DNA from: Hydrolagus affinis
Lineage: Eukaryota
Assembly (NCBI GenBank): GCA_012026655.1
Contig: JAAILG010000414.1
Span: forward strand, 1 to 64,000
DNA: 64,000 bases
Reading direction: 5' to 3'
The notes beneath the pieces are model-generated. The model ran no database searches, had not been told where the DNA came from, and saw only the letters and a program-made list of their open reading frames with translations. The position numbers and the translations under genes were made by a program. Positions within the stretch are counted from its first letter, which is position 1; each line of letters opens with the position of its first letter. This document shows, piece after piece, positions 11,596 through 26,117 of the stretch.

Positions 11596-13355
11596 GTTTC
11601 AGCAGTAATGAAATATGTGATTTGTGGGTCTGAAATACCTCGGCCCTAACCAATCTGGAGCAGTGTTGCTGAGTTTAGGCAAAGGGGGGGGGGGCGGCGG
11701 GGGGGGGGTTAGAGTCCCGTGATCAGGAATTGTCAACTATTGTAAAGCACTAGTCGTTGGAGTAGGCTGTGCTACTTACAATGTCATGTTGAATAATAAA
11801 TCCCATAACTTCCACAACCAACGAGGGCTGTTTGTTCACAGTGTAGTGTGATTGAGATTGGCAGTGCCTCATGCTTGAATGACCAAGAGAACTGTAGGAA
11901 GTACTGATAGTCAAGTAGTTTTAGTGCATGTTTTTATGGTAATAGGATAATGAATTTAAACAAGGATGCTCCAGTCAAGTTTTTGAGCAGAAAATAGGGA
12001 CACATAATCTGGGTTCTGCAACTCAAAATGGTGGTAAATGATGCATAGGTATCCTGATTTATCCTTTTTAAATGACAGCTATACAAATTAATACTTGTAA
12101 GCCCAGTGATAGGTTAAGTGGCCAAGTAGCTACTGAACAAGATGGGAAACTGTTAGAAAATCTGTGTCATGATAGGATTGATTTACCAATGCCTGTCTGT
12201 GTTTTGCAAGAGCAATTCACCAGGTTAGGCAGTTGTGTGATCAGAATCTTTAGTCATACTAATGAATACTCACTAGCATTCTTCTCACTAGCAAAAGGTC
12301 TTGCTTGGTTACAGGTAATATTATAATTTGAGTGTAAAATAATGGATACCCAAGAGTGGGTTACAGGACTAACCTAATTAAAGGTTTGAGCTCATGCAGT
12401 TTATAAATGCTTCAAAACCCTTACAATCAGATTACAGTCTTGAACTTGTGCCATGTACCTTCATTTATTTTACTCTGTATATAGAATGTGACCAATTAAC
12501 TATTTTGTTTCTGCAAAAGACTCAATTGTTTTCGGCAGTTTCAGTGCCATGTTGAATGATGTTGACAGATGGCATTGTACACCTTTGTGTGGTTTGAAAT
12601 TACATGTGCAAAGTAAAGACAGCATCACAAACGTTGTTCTTTTTCATTGCTTTTTAAAAAACTTTTTTCCCTCTCCATTAAGAACTTGCTATGTTATTGC
12701 AAAACAATATTAATCCCACTTGTGTGAAACCTATTCTTACATTAGATTGGTAGAAAAAGATTGAATTGCAAATGCTAAATTGTATGAATAACAGTTTTGT
12801 GCATTCATTCCCAAGTCTGTGTATTTTTTAAAATAAACTCTCAGGAATCCTAACAAATTAATTGGACCTTTGTGCCACTATTTTGGGTTTATGGAGTTAC
12901 AAAAGTACAGGATTATCAAAGTTTTTAGTCAATGCAAGTAAAAACATAGTCCACAGGCAATTCATGTCAAATATTTTGTAGCATTTTTTCCCCTGACATT
13001 TCCGGCACACTGTTCTCACAGCTAAATGTTTTGCGATTATTCAGTAACCTGTGATTCAGATTTGTTTTTCTGATATCAGAACTTGCAAGAGCAGAGGTGA
13101 AGTATTTATATGAATTTCAAAAACACGCCTCCTCCATCAGTCTTTAAAATCTTTTCAGAAAATCCTTTTTAAAATTTAGCTGTTTTCTTTCTTGAAGTCA
13201 ATGTTCTTACATTGCTGTTACTCTGGTTAATGTAGAGAGCAGCTCTTTATGTGCTGCTGATGGTGGAGATGGTAAATGTGCCACCTCACTGGCAGTGCGG
13301 TGTTCCATTTGAAAAATAACATTAAAATGGTTAAATCATATAAGTACGCAAAGTG

Positions 13356-13887
13356 CAATAAAACTCACATAAGTTGTATCAGTCAGGACAACAATATTTA
13401 TTGTGACTTACGCTAAGTGAGAGTTGTAAGCAAACTTATATAAATTGTACAAAATCCAATTAAATCAATCTACTCTGCACATGCGTAACTCAGCACAGCC
13501 AGTAAGTGTATGTGGTGATAGATCAAGACTGCGTTTCCCGCGATTTAATGTAGGCGGTCAACCAGTGTGCATGCATTGACGGGTTAGGGCCTCATTTCCT
13601 GATTCAGTGCAGCCTGTAAGTGTGGGAGTAATGGAGGATATGGGAGCAGTGGTAAGAGTTAGTAGATGATTAATATGAGCAGCGCAAAGAATACAATCAC
13701 TTTATAGCATATTTTGTGAAGCGCTTTGAGATGTCTAGAAGCTGTGAAAAAGTGCTAGATTAAATGCAAGGATTATTATTATTAGTGCAAAGAAATCTTA
13801 CGTGGTTTTGATAGGAAACTGAGTGGGACTCAGGTCGACTTAGGTGATTATATGATTTATAAAGAAAGACTTATGCGAATTTTACTG
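13356..13887 (+). mobile_element. Old Tigger-like MITE (family B) with a nested SINE tail at about 13690-13783
   Basis: Left end CAATAAAACTCACATAAGTT vs reverse complement of the right end CAGTAAAATTCGCATAAGTC (16/20). TA at 13888-89. Nested tail gaagcgctttgagatgtc...aaatgcaaggattattatt. Confidence 0.7.
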
Positions 13888-16742
13888 TAATAGCAGTTTC
13901 TAGTCATTCGTATGCTTAATAGCCTGGTATAAGTGAACTTAGTTTTCTTCGTACTGTATCTTCATATCAGGCAGCAATCTCAGTTTTAAGTTTCTTTCCT
14001 CTTGAGTAAGAGTTTTGTCCCATGTTGTTGTATGTAGCTGTGATTACACTTGTTTAATATCCATCCTGATATTATAGTATTTATGTGCATGCCAGAATGT
14101 TAACAAAACACCTTTCCTGTAACACTTGTCTGAGCTGTGACAGTGGTTGTCAAGGTGCAATGTTTTTGGAAGTCATCATTAGCACTGGTCTGACAGCATG
14201 CCTCAATCAATTCACAGGCTTAGAACATCTGTTAACTCATGCATCAGAGATAATACTTCATGCTAACCCTTAGTTCACTTACTGTGTACTGAAGCTTACA
14301 ACACTGCATCATATTTTTTGTCACATAATTAACCTTGAAATTTTTGAGTGAGATATAATTATGATTTACATACATAAAGATTAATTCTGGCTTAAAACAT
14401 TACTGTAATAATTGCCATCAGTCAGTTGTGCGACAAATGTTTACCTAAGCAGCATTGACTGAGACTGGGGTGTTTCTTTTTGAAGCTGCAACGCTGCATG
14501 TCAGTTTGGGCCAAAAGGAAACCTCTTTTCATGTAATTTGTGCTCCCACATCACGTTATATGCAGTACTTAGTATATATACTTAGTTTGCACAGCATTTT
14601 TTTTAGTCTAGTCATATTTTGGAAATTGTCACGTTTTTCATTTAATTACTATGTTCCTAGTTTGTAATGTTGCCACTTTTAATTCTTGCGTATCCTTACA
14701 ATGATGGAAACTGGATTAGTTACGTTCTAAATTTTGGGTTGCGATGCTCTTTTCTGTGGATTATGGAGCATATGAAACATGTTTTACCCATTTAGAGATG
14801 TACAGTACTGCAAAGGCAGTAGACAAAATGCAATCAAACAATAAGCAATGAGATTGAGCACTTGTACGGACACAAGTAACATTTCTGAATGTATACATCG
14901 ATCAGACACTGATTGTTCTTAAAGCCCTCACCCAATATTTAGTGAATACAGCTAAGAAAGATGAAGATAAAAGATGAGAAAGATCTACATTGTTCCTTTT
15001 GTGAAAGAGGCAGGGAATAGAGCCAGTAAGACAATGCATAAATTATCCTTTGTATCATTGAATGATGACAACAAATAATTTTCCACCAGTACAAGAGAAC
15101 TGATGCATGTTTAAGAGTTTTGTTAATCACAAGACCTAAATAGCAGGAATGTACAAGCTTTTACAGGACGATAATGAGTTAAGAATTGAATTGTAAAGGT
15201 GTAAAGGTGAATTGTAAATTAGCAGCAAAAATATAAGTTAATGTACATTAATTCATGTGGCAAAATCTTCTTTGCACGCTGCTTCACTTGCAACCTACTT
15301 GCTATTTTGTTTCCTGTGTAAAAGCAGTACTGGAATTTCGAGCTTACATTTCTGTTTGCACAGCGATAGCTATCGTAGTCTCACATTAGCCTGCCAAACT
15401 AGCAGCACAGGGGAGAACTTCCTGTGCAGATGATGTGAAAGTGTTTCTGTGATTTCTTCCTCTGTAGCTATTGGGAGATAAAAAGCCAGGTCTTTGGGGA
15501 TTACTCAGAAAGGACTCAATTATATTTATAAAATTTAACAAGTTGTGTGCAAGTATATTTGTGCTCTGTTACACTCTGGAGAATGGTGTACATCGAAAAT
15601 ACAAATTAACATTTCATATTTCCATTCACTGCATTAAGGTAGCAAGAATGTTATTAAACTATATCCTTAGAGTTTTATTTGTGCTTTTTTACCCTTCGTT
15701 ATGTGTAAAGTTTCTTATATTTCTAAAGTTTCCCTCCCTCTGCCAATTTTATTGCAGGCAGCAATTTTCTTTAAAACTTCACCAGTTTATTTTTTCCGAT
15801 ACATGGGTAATATTTAAACATTGTTCCCATCATCAATTTAATTTGTGGCTATTCTTGTATTCACTATGATGACCCCAAAAATCTAGGTTTTGCTGTTATG
15901 TGTTCGGGTTGTCACTTATTAATTACATACTGATATAATTGTTCATTCATTCATAATATTTTGTCTATACAGAAAAGATTAAGCTAAGATGGTTTGACTA
16001 GTATCTTTTTCTAGTTAATTGTGTACCCACTACTTCTGTATCATGGCCCTCACAATGGCAGACCTTTTATTGCTATGAATAGTCACAAATTTGTGCAATA
16101 AGATGCTGCAGAGATTAAAACCCCCAGACAGTTATGCTCTTGAATATCCAGATGTTGTCATTGAGGTAATGAAAGGTGAGAGACTTAATTTGCAAGTATT
16201 GCCCTCTAACAATTCTGTTTGTTAATGGATAGTCTTGTAACCAATGGATCTGAACACATGTAGTGCAACTGAACTTGTATTGTATCAAGTAGGGAAAAAC
16301 TCTCAAAGTGCTTCACAGAGATGGAGAGACAGCTCAAACAGGATAGATATTGGAGTGGGAGGGGGTGGAAGTGAGTGCACTGTAACCATTTTCAATCTTT
16401 TTACTTTTTACTGCACTTTTAGTTTTAGCTATTTTTCTTAAAACTGAATCCATACTAATCCTTAGATAATTTGATCATTGACTCTGTTTTAAAATCTAAT
16501 TTTAACTTTATTAATTGAAGGGTGAACGCTAATGAAATGCTAATTAAGATGAAAAATAAACACCCAAACTTAATATGTATAATTACACAAATAATTTGAT
16601 GGAAAGGCAGCCCCCCACCCCCACCCCGCCCCTGCAAACATTCATAAAGGGATGACACCACAAGCTCATCGCAGAATGGTGTATTCCCATGCATTGTGAG
16701 GTACAATTCTCACTGAACAAGCTTCTGAGTAAACAGCTGTGG

Positions 16743-16791
16743 GATCTATAGCAGTCACAACTGTGATATCCATAGCAGTCACAACTGTGAT
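16743..16791. repeat. Short tandem duplication (2 copies of about 24 bp)
   Basis: atagcagtcacaactgtgat occurs twice in tandem. Confidence 0.85.
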
Positions 16792-19225
16792 CTAAAGACT
16801 TTGCTGAGAGCTGGATATATACCAGGGAGTCTGAAGGCATTTCCTCAATCTTAAATTGCATAAACCGTCCGATGCACTTCAGTTTATTACATATGCATAT
16901 CCATTGCCTCTTTTGAGCTTCTTTAATATAACTCCCTGGAGAATTTCATAGCATGGTTTTCCTCTGTTGCCAGATCAACTATACCTTGCTTAATAATCCT
17001 TGCTTTATAACATCTTTAGTTCCCTTACTGGACAACACCATCTTTAGGGAGCACAAACCTCGCCTCATATTTAATGACACATAGAGTGGTTTAGAATTGA
17101 GTGGCATAGCTAGCTCTATAGTGTTTGTGAATCAAATGCAAACCAAATTAGTGAGAGTCAGGAGTAGATAAGCACATACACAAATGAGGAGAGACTCAGA
17201 CTTATTCCCACTCTAGTGTATCAAATGTTTTACAGAGTGTGGACAAAAACAGTCAGATTATCAAAATGTACATTTTGATCAGAATCCAAATAAATCTTTT
17301 CTAGAGACAATCCTATTCACCTTTGACAAATGGGATTACCCACAGATTGATTTTTGTTGCTCTTTCACAACAAAAGGTTACAGTGATTCTTTTGAAGGTG
17401 TGAGGACAGATGAGCCGCAGCACTCAACAGTCTTTCAATACCCTGTGTGGTGAAAGTTGTTTACACATTGCTAATGTTTTCTCACAAATGTAGGCAGAGG
17501 TGACAACTATAATGTTAACTCAATATTGCCTGCGGTGGACTTGGTGTTGGTTCTGGAGATAGTTGGTCCTTTTTTTTGAAAAGAATTAGTTGTTTCATTG
17601 TCGTTCACAAAGCACTAGCTTCATTATATATGCAGCTATAATCAAGGATTTTTCAGCGCTTGTGAGACGCTAGTCTGTGTGATGGATGCTATGCTATATA
17701 AGTATACGTTGTTGTTGGCAAACACCAAATAACTGTTCATTTTAATATTAGATAAACAATTACAAAACAATAGGTGACTAACTGGATTATAAAATTTGAT
17801 CTAGTATAATACACCTTGTATAGTTTTAAATCTGTAGAAAAAGTTCAGCACATTCTATTGGTAAGAATCTATAACTCATTGTCAAGGGCAGCTTGGAGTG
17901 CAGCAGTGCCAAGGGCTTATCATTTGGAGCTGTCAGATCAAGATCATAATGCTTCATGGAGGCTTGTGTGTTACCCTGTGTAGCTACCTTGTAGATCTTG
18001 TCAAGAGAAACCAATGCATATTGCTTCATAATACTTTTTCCTATCTTACTTTTTTCATTGGATGGAATCAGTTACTCTCATTTGTTCAAGCGATTTCTGA
18101 TGCATCTATTTTCCCAATGCTCATTGTGTTAGCTTCACTGATTACTTTTGAGCAATATTTCATGCTGCTTTGATTGCTATGAAATTAACAAATTTCCACA
18201 GGTCTGTATGCTGCAATATAATCAACCTTGGTGTTAATAACCCTTTGTTTAACTTATAACTTTGTTGTGATCCATTTGAAAGTGGTAAATCGATGAAGAA
18301 TTATTAAAACTAAGATTAAGATCAATCTTCTTTCGTTGAATGTAGTTCAGACAAATGTACAGCCCTTCTATTTTGCCCCATTAGCATAACTGTGTGCTAT
18401 TTTTCATTTGCAGTTAACTATTGTACCTTTATTTGATTTTATGTTGAAATTCATCAAAGTTTGTGCAATAACTCCGCATTCCTTCAAAATACCTATCTCA
18501 GTCATCTTTCCCGTCCCATCTCCCTTGGCTCTCATCCCTACCTCAGGTGCCCAGCCAAAAGTGCTTTGAGATGACCTCCCTACATGAAAGCAATATATAA
18601 ATGTATATTCTATTTTGTTATTGTAAAATAGTACTTTTGGGACCTTGAGACCCACTTGAACCAAAAGAATAGAGGCAACATCTTGTCTAAATAAAGGACT
18701 TCCAGCAACAATAGGAAAATTACAGAGCGCCTTTCACGTCGGGGGGATGCCCCAAGGCGCCAAATTCCTATTCAACACTGGAGTGTCACCCCATATTTAA
18801 TAATACTCCTTATATTTGCAATAACATCTTATCACATTGTTGACAAATCAAAATATTTCACACTATATACTACAGTACAAAGTGATGTGACTGTATTTTG
18901 TGGGCAAACAGGAAAAATAGATTATACTAAATCCAGCATAAGATTTTGAAAAATGAAAGATGTCATGTCAGAATATGGTCATTTATATGACTTTCGTCTT
19001 CATACTTACAAATCTTTATCTTAGCAATCAACGGAAAGGTAGAAAGTTTCTACAAAATATGATACTGGCTGATTGGTGGTACTCCTGTTTCTGCTGCTAA
19101 GATCTCAAACTCTGCAACAGAGCCTCTAAACATATTTACGTATTCTACATTTAATGAAAATTGAAATTCTAATGACCCAACAAAAGAAGGAGCTTTAAGT
19201 ACCTATAGTAGCATGGGTGGACTTT

Positions 19226-19624
19226 TTATAATCGCCTAAGTCAAACGTACACCGGATTCCCTTTCAGCTACCAACCAGAAAACACTTTGGATTTCTTTCA
19301 CTAATCGTACTTTATGAATCGGAACATCTTAAATCATATACAAATCATCTTCTAACATGTAACACCCAACCATTTGAAACAAGGGTAGGAAACAAAGTCT
19401 TGCCCCGTCACTGCACGTGCACTCACCGACTGCTATGATGAAGTACCTCATGCGCAGTACATTGAACTTCCCTGAAACAAGCGCGGAAAACGATATTTTT
19501 ATTTACTATTATTTATTAGTCATATAAAACCTACCTTATACGAGTTTGCCTGTACCCTCATAGATCGCTGAGGTTATATTAAATGTCATATTCCTGATTG
19601 ATATGACTTGTGTGAGTTTCACTG
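19226..19624 (-). mobile_element. Old Tigger-like MITE (family B), inverted copy
   Basis: Reverse complement begins TA-CAGTGAAACTCACACAAGTCATATCAATCAGGA, matching the 13356 copy. The other side matches 13790-13850 (tataatc.cctaagtc, gatttcttt.cactaat). Confidence 0.65.
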
Positions 19625-22600
19625 TATTAATAGTGACCAGTTGTTTGATTTCATTGAAGTTGGCAAGTATGATCTCCTAGATTGCTTAGATTACAAGCAC
19701 ATCAAAGCGATACCTGGGCACCAATATAGTCATCACTAATTTTATTTGTATTCTGATATAAACTAATTGATTTTCTGCTCCCTTGTTGATTGATATATTG
19801 ATTGGTGATTCTGCAGATGGTGACTGAATTGCCGAAGAACTAACTCCACTGTGGTTTTTTCTAAAGTTTATATAATTACACAACTGACTTTCTGTCCAGC
19901 AGGCTTAGGTTTAGTGATCCTTCGGGTGAAAATATTTCCCCTTTCTAGACTTCCTTAGAGAAGAATTCCTTGTTGCTTACTGATACCTGAGTTTCCCCAG
20001 AAATAGTGTCTTAAGATGCAGTTCTGCTGACTGGAACATATTGTATTTTGGCATTGAGGGTTGTAGATAGTCAAGAGATCTGGTATCCAAATCTGGATTC
20101 TTGCTCATATTATAGTTTCCAGAAAGATTCTATCTGTATCATTGATTTCTAGTTCAAACATACTCCGAACAAAGAGTGATTACTTTTGGGTGGGATGGGG
20201 GGTGGCACCTCTATGTTGGCATAATCACCAAATAACCCACATATTGAAAGGTGGTTAGTACTGTCTTGTACAGGTATACCAACATTTTATATGGATGCTT
20301 TAGCTAGTTATCCACTTAAAAATATAAATATGTACTTCAAGCAAGAAGTCAAAACTAAAGAATATTTTGGAGAAAATGGTTAGATAATTCACTGAGAGTA
20401 TTTTTTATGCATCGGCGGGATTTGTTTTGGCTATTCCATAAGTTATCTTTCTCAGAGTTATCTATCCTCTAATCTAATTTCATTTTAAAGCTTTGATTTT
20501 TCATGGAAAATAATGAAGTAGGAGAAGATACCTTTTGCTTATTAATTTGGAAAAGACCAATTCTGTTGTGCCACTTCAGTTCATTAATTGTCTGTAATAA
20601 TCAGATTTTTTTTGAAAAGAGACAGTTTATTGGTCTGAATTATTGTAGATCCATGTGGGCCAGATGTCATATCAGTTGGATAACCTCCTCAAACCCATTG
20701 ATCTACCCTAATCATTTTCCATAATACTTAGAATGATAGATGAGTACTGCCATTGCCATCATTGGATAAATATACTGTGAGAGTGGTTTCTCATCTGTCC
20801 ATCTATATTCTGCTCCAGTGGTAAAAGTAATGATTTTTGATTGACTTGTCAAATAGAAACAGTGCAACATGGAGCAAAATATCCGATGACTAGACATGCC
20901 TGTCTTTCCTTCAAAGGCTAGTTAGATCACTTTTGGTAGGCAGGAGAAAAATATGATGGGCAAAAGCAAGTTTCGTGAATAGTTCCAAATCAAATAGCTG
21001 GTCTCTTGGATATCTCACGTAGCAGATAGTACCAGAGCCCACTTAAATTCTCAAAGTCGTAACACTTCAACATCACCAATAGCTATGTCATGTCAGAGGC
21101 TACTCACATTGGGTCCAGAACGTGGCTTGAATTACAAGAAATGTCGATAGTTGTGAGTGATATACTGATAATTTGTAACAAGGCCTGAAGCACAAGTTTG
21201 AAATCCCAATATATAGAATCACTTTGATCTTAGCTTTCTTTAGGGAGGTAAAATTAGTATCAATATTTGTTGAGAGTCTCTTTACAATCTCTCATAGCAC
21301 ATGTCTAAAATTGGTTTGTAGAACTATTTCTTCTCCTCTATTTGCCCAAAACAAGTTTTATTAAACAAAATCTAAATGGAAAGCATTTGCTATTTGAAGT
21401 GTTCGGAGAAAGGAGATAGAGGCCAATACGTAAGAGGTTTGTAAGAGTCTGTAATCGTATAGTTACTTAGTTTATCTACTAAGATTAGATTTACTCTCCC
21501 AATTCTCATGTGTAATGGGATTCATCGGTTTTCTTTGATACTGTCAAATTGGAAGTGTGACATTCATGAGGGTCACTGGCTTGTCGATGGCCATGGAGCT
21601 CCTTCTGTTTTCTCTCCAGTAGCTTGAGTCCAGAGTTGCTGCCTTCTGGTGGCATGAACAAAGGATGAGCTTTCATTGTTTTATTTTATGTTCGCATGTT
21701 TTCTTTGTGTGAAACTAGGCAAAAAGACGATCAAATTTGTGAACCAAGGAATAAATATTAGATCATCCCTGACTGAAAGACAGCGACCGTAGTGTTAATT
21801 GGGAAATGCATTTTCACTCAAATGTAGCTATATCTTAAATCTGCCCAGATAGGGTTGACTAATTTTGGTATAGTCAAAACAAACACAAATTAACTTATTG
21901 AAAATGCAGGGAAATATTATTGTCGGTGTCAAGAGTTGTCTGTATTAAGAGTGATATTGGTTATCAGCAAGATGACATGAATTGCAAACTCATTTCAATA
22001 CATAAAGCGGTGAAGTGATGTACATAAAAAAAGCCACATATAGTAAAATCCTGATAGCATGATCCTGTCTTAACTTGTCATTACGACCTCACTAGCCATG
22101 CTGTCAATATCCCAGCTTCCAATGCAAAATGTTAATAAGGGAATCACCTTTGCTTGTCACTCTGCTTAACATATAACTAGATGCCGTCTAGAATTTTTTG
22201 TAATAATAATAATCCTTATATTTATATTACTTACAATGTAAAATTGATTGGATAACTAGTCCTATAAGATGGGATCTTGCATCTCAGAAGCCTCCTACCC
22301 TACCTGCACCAGCGCCCCCATTATGATCCCTATGTGATGACCTATGCCTAATTAATCACTCCGAATAACTAGTCACTGAGCTCTTGTCCCTTGGAATGAT
22401 GAGTTAACATGAGTTTACTATGTTTAAAATAAATTAGTGCTCATCATGGTTAATGAGTGAAGTTATATTCTACTTATGGAAATTATATGTGCTCTTAAAA
22501 ATTTGAAAGTCAGGTCACATTGCAATGATACATTTTAAATTTCAGCAATACCTAAGGAGATTACATTGAGGATTCATCGGTTTTGAGGATGCAGTTGAGG

Positions 22601-25600
22601 ATGCGATTTCAAATAGACAATAACAATTTTTTGAATCTAATGCAAGCCGGAAGTGAAGATAAATAACCATAGTTACACAAAGGAAAGGATACATTCAAAA
22701 ATTGTGGATTATAAACAATTTAAATTTTTAAGGGACTATTTGGTTTGCTCCCAATTAATTCCTGATGTATTCTAATGGAAACATTTAAATATTTAGATTG
22801 AATGGTCATAAATGTCTCGACTGATTATCTACTGATCAACTCAAGTCAAATGTATATAGCAATGCACATGTAATGTAAAATGACATTTTGTGATGAATTC
22901 TAATAGTGTCTTTCATGTAGCTGGGAATGTTTTTTTTTAATAAATTCAGTGTTAATATCCTATTGGCATACAGTAGATCAAGTAGTTAGGTGCTCAATGG
23001 GCCAGAGTAATTTCAAAGTAATTCTGTTTTATAGTGTCTTATTATCCAAAGATAGCCTTGTAATCAAGGTTTGGTTACTAATTTTAATTATTGTGTTCTA
23101 ACAGGACATGTTACTGGTGATTAGGATCAGTCCAAGCAATTTAATTATGCTTAGAAGGAACAATTTAATGTTTTGAACTTTTTTTTGGCTACAAAACTAT
23201 TCCATTAAGATGCTGCAATAAAGTCATGAATAGAAAAGGGACTAATTATTGTTCAATAGGAATTAAGTAAGAAAACCAATTTCACTGCACTATGATCAGT
23301 AAAAGCAAATACTGTATTTAAAAAAGCATACAATTAAAGACGTATCAATTTTACCCAGTTTTTAAAAAATTGATTCCATAAAATAAAATCTCCAAAGATT
23401 GTCAAGCCAAATTAGTGATGGAAATCAATTCTGCGTAGGCTTTTGCAGAGATTGGCATTTCTTCATCCAGCCATCACGGCAGCTGGACTTCATTAACCAC
23501 TGGTGTTAATTACTGGGAGACTGTTAGTTCAGTCCACATGTACAGGCACTTGGGGTAACACAAAAGAGTCACCTTGAAACTGAACATTCTCTGCAGACTC
23601 GGACTACTAGTGCATAAGTGAACGTCAATACCGTTAGGTTTATTTTACATTTATATCTGTGTAAAATCTTAACCAAAAAGGTGGTAATTACGTGAATATT
23701 TTTTGACTGGTCGAGCAAAGTATATATTGAAAATCCGGTGGTAAGGTAAACAGTATGCAATTTGAAAGGATGTCATTTTTTATGCAGAACGTTCCAAAAA
23801 TTGCAGAATTGGAATTCTACGCAAAGAACAAAATGTAGGTTGTTTATTTTTGTCTTTAATTCTCCGTCCACCCCATTGTCTGGATTTTCTGCAGGAAATC
23901 GATGCATCCTGATTCTGTAATTTCCCATGGTGCATCACTCAGAGCGCACTGTGCCGAGAGAGGTGACATATCCGGTCATGGCAGCCTGAACTATTCTGTA
24001 AAGAATTCATTGGAATTTCACAACCTTTGCAGGATTTTGTGAAAACACTCATTTGTATTTGTGCAAACCTGCTAATGGCGGATGCCTGGTTTGTGAATCC
24101 CACCTACAATTGACGCTCGTTATGGCGTGGAAAGCACTGTTAATAATGCATCTGTGAAACTCAGCTGCAAGGGAGCCAAGTAATTATCCCACTGTAGCGT
24201 TCCTTGCCTCAGTGTCATCACAACTGGGGCTTCATTAAAAGTCCTAACAGTTGAAATGTTGTGCAGTGTAGTCTGTGTATATATATTTTTTTCATTTAAA
24301 TTATCAACCATGCCATGGCACAGAGGTAATTTGACTTTTTGAAACCCACGGAACCCTGGTGTATTTCCTTCCAGCTTCACCTTCAGTGCAGTACCAGCTG
24401 ATCAGCCTCAACAGAACAAAGGGTTTATCTGAAGCTATGAAGCATATATGAACCGGCTTCCACCCAAGAAAAAAAATCAAAGGACACAAGTAAATGTGTT
24501 AATTCAGAGCAAAATACACACAGCTAGACACTAAATCTTTACAGGGATTTTAGCTTTTGAAAGTGATTCTTTGATCATTGCACGAAACAGATTCTCTTCC
24601 TGCGCAGTAAAGTAAGCCATGGGATGCACATTCACAATGAAGGCAGGACCTAGTTTCAAAACTCTAAGGACCTTTTACATGTCTGTCAATCTGATACTTT
24701 TTCTGAAGAAAGAACTTATAGAATGTATTTTGCTATTGCTCAGCCACCAGGTTTGCAGTTGAAATGGTGAGAAAAGGAAGTGTTTGAGTATTGTGCTATG
24801 AAGGGAACAATCCTGCAGTGAAGCAGTTGTGATATTAGAGCGGCTCTCCTAAGAGATCCCATGGCTCCTGTGTACTGATCGTAGTGGCACATTCCCAGAC
24901 AGCTGGTCGCTCAGCATGGGCTGTGCATGCAGCTAGGAAGCTAGCGCGCTGGCGGAGAACAGGTAATGCTCTAATTTCCCCTGTGCAGATGCGCCAGGAA
25001 TATCTTAATTTATTGGTGTGCTGGCATGCAAGTGGGATGCCGGCTGTGCAGTCTTGCATATCTGTTAGCAAAATGAACTGGTGGGTGCTTTTCTTTCATT
25101 GAGCTTAGTTTGAAATCATTGCTTGTTATCCATTTTATAGAGTGTTCATATATCCGGAGGTGAGTTAAGTAAAATTCATAACTTTCTAACCTAAGAATTT
25201 GTAACTATTGATCATTACATAAAAGTAAAGCTTGAAGTTTAGCAATTAATGGATTAAGACAAAGAAGTTGTTTACACTGACACTTTTTAAAGTTTGCAAA
25301 ACTGATGATTTAATTTTAAAAATTGCACAAGAAAATCTATATTCTTAACTACATCCTGTAATATACAATTGATATTGTACATACAAATAAGAAAATTAAT
25401 ATTTCCACACAAATAAATTATTGATTAACAGTGAATATATGGATCCCCTGAATCCAACTGAAAAACAAAATTCCACGTAGATTAGATAAGAAGTTGATCA
25501 TTGTATACAGTTTAAATTTCACAGACTTTAATAAAGTCTGTTCCCCTTATAAGTAGGATCATTGTACTGTTTAATGGTCAGTAAAACTGTTGAAAACCTT

Positions 25601-26117
25601 AAACAGTCTTTTCCCTAGTTATTGTATATTTTTATACATGAATTTGTTGTGTTCTTGAGGCTCGTATCATCACTAGGACTTGGATTGTGATTACCAAACT
25701 TCTCAGGTTAAAAACAAAGAGCAAAGGCATGAGATCTGTAGCCAGTTACATTTTTACTGAGACAAAACATAACAGCTCTATTAGCCATTTGTCCAACTCT
25801 GTATCATGCAAGTCTAAAGTTTACTGGACTTATTCGATGTATAGATACCACTGCAATACAAAACAAAATCACTACCAATATGCATTTTTTCCCCATCAAA
25901 TTTCTCCCCATCTGTCCTGAAAGCACTAACTGAAGTACTCTGAGACGCTACCCTGAGGGACGCTATTTAAATGCAAGACGGTGAATGGCCATTGTTTTAC
26001 GGGATCTTTGGTACAGTTATCTCACATCTTATTCCATAAAAACACACAACATAGTATGGAACAGATTTTCTGAGAACACTCTTCCCACTGCCATCAAAAC
26101 ATGACTTGGTTTCACCC

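Noticed and set aside
11684-11708. G-run as a functional G-quadruplex
   Set aside because: It is a simple poly-G tract near an assembly gap, in repeat-like sequence.
19880-21720. Possible long decayed retroelement
   Set aside because: The sequence looks vaguely coding, but I could not read a convincing RT, endonuclease or integrase motif.
23612-24124. Possible MITE with ends cataagtgaacgtcaat / attgacgctcgttatg
   Set aside because: The terminal match is short and gapped, and I found no convincing TSD or second copy.
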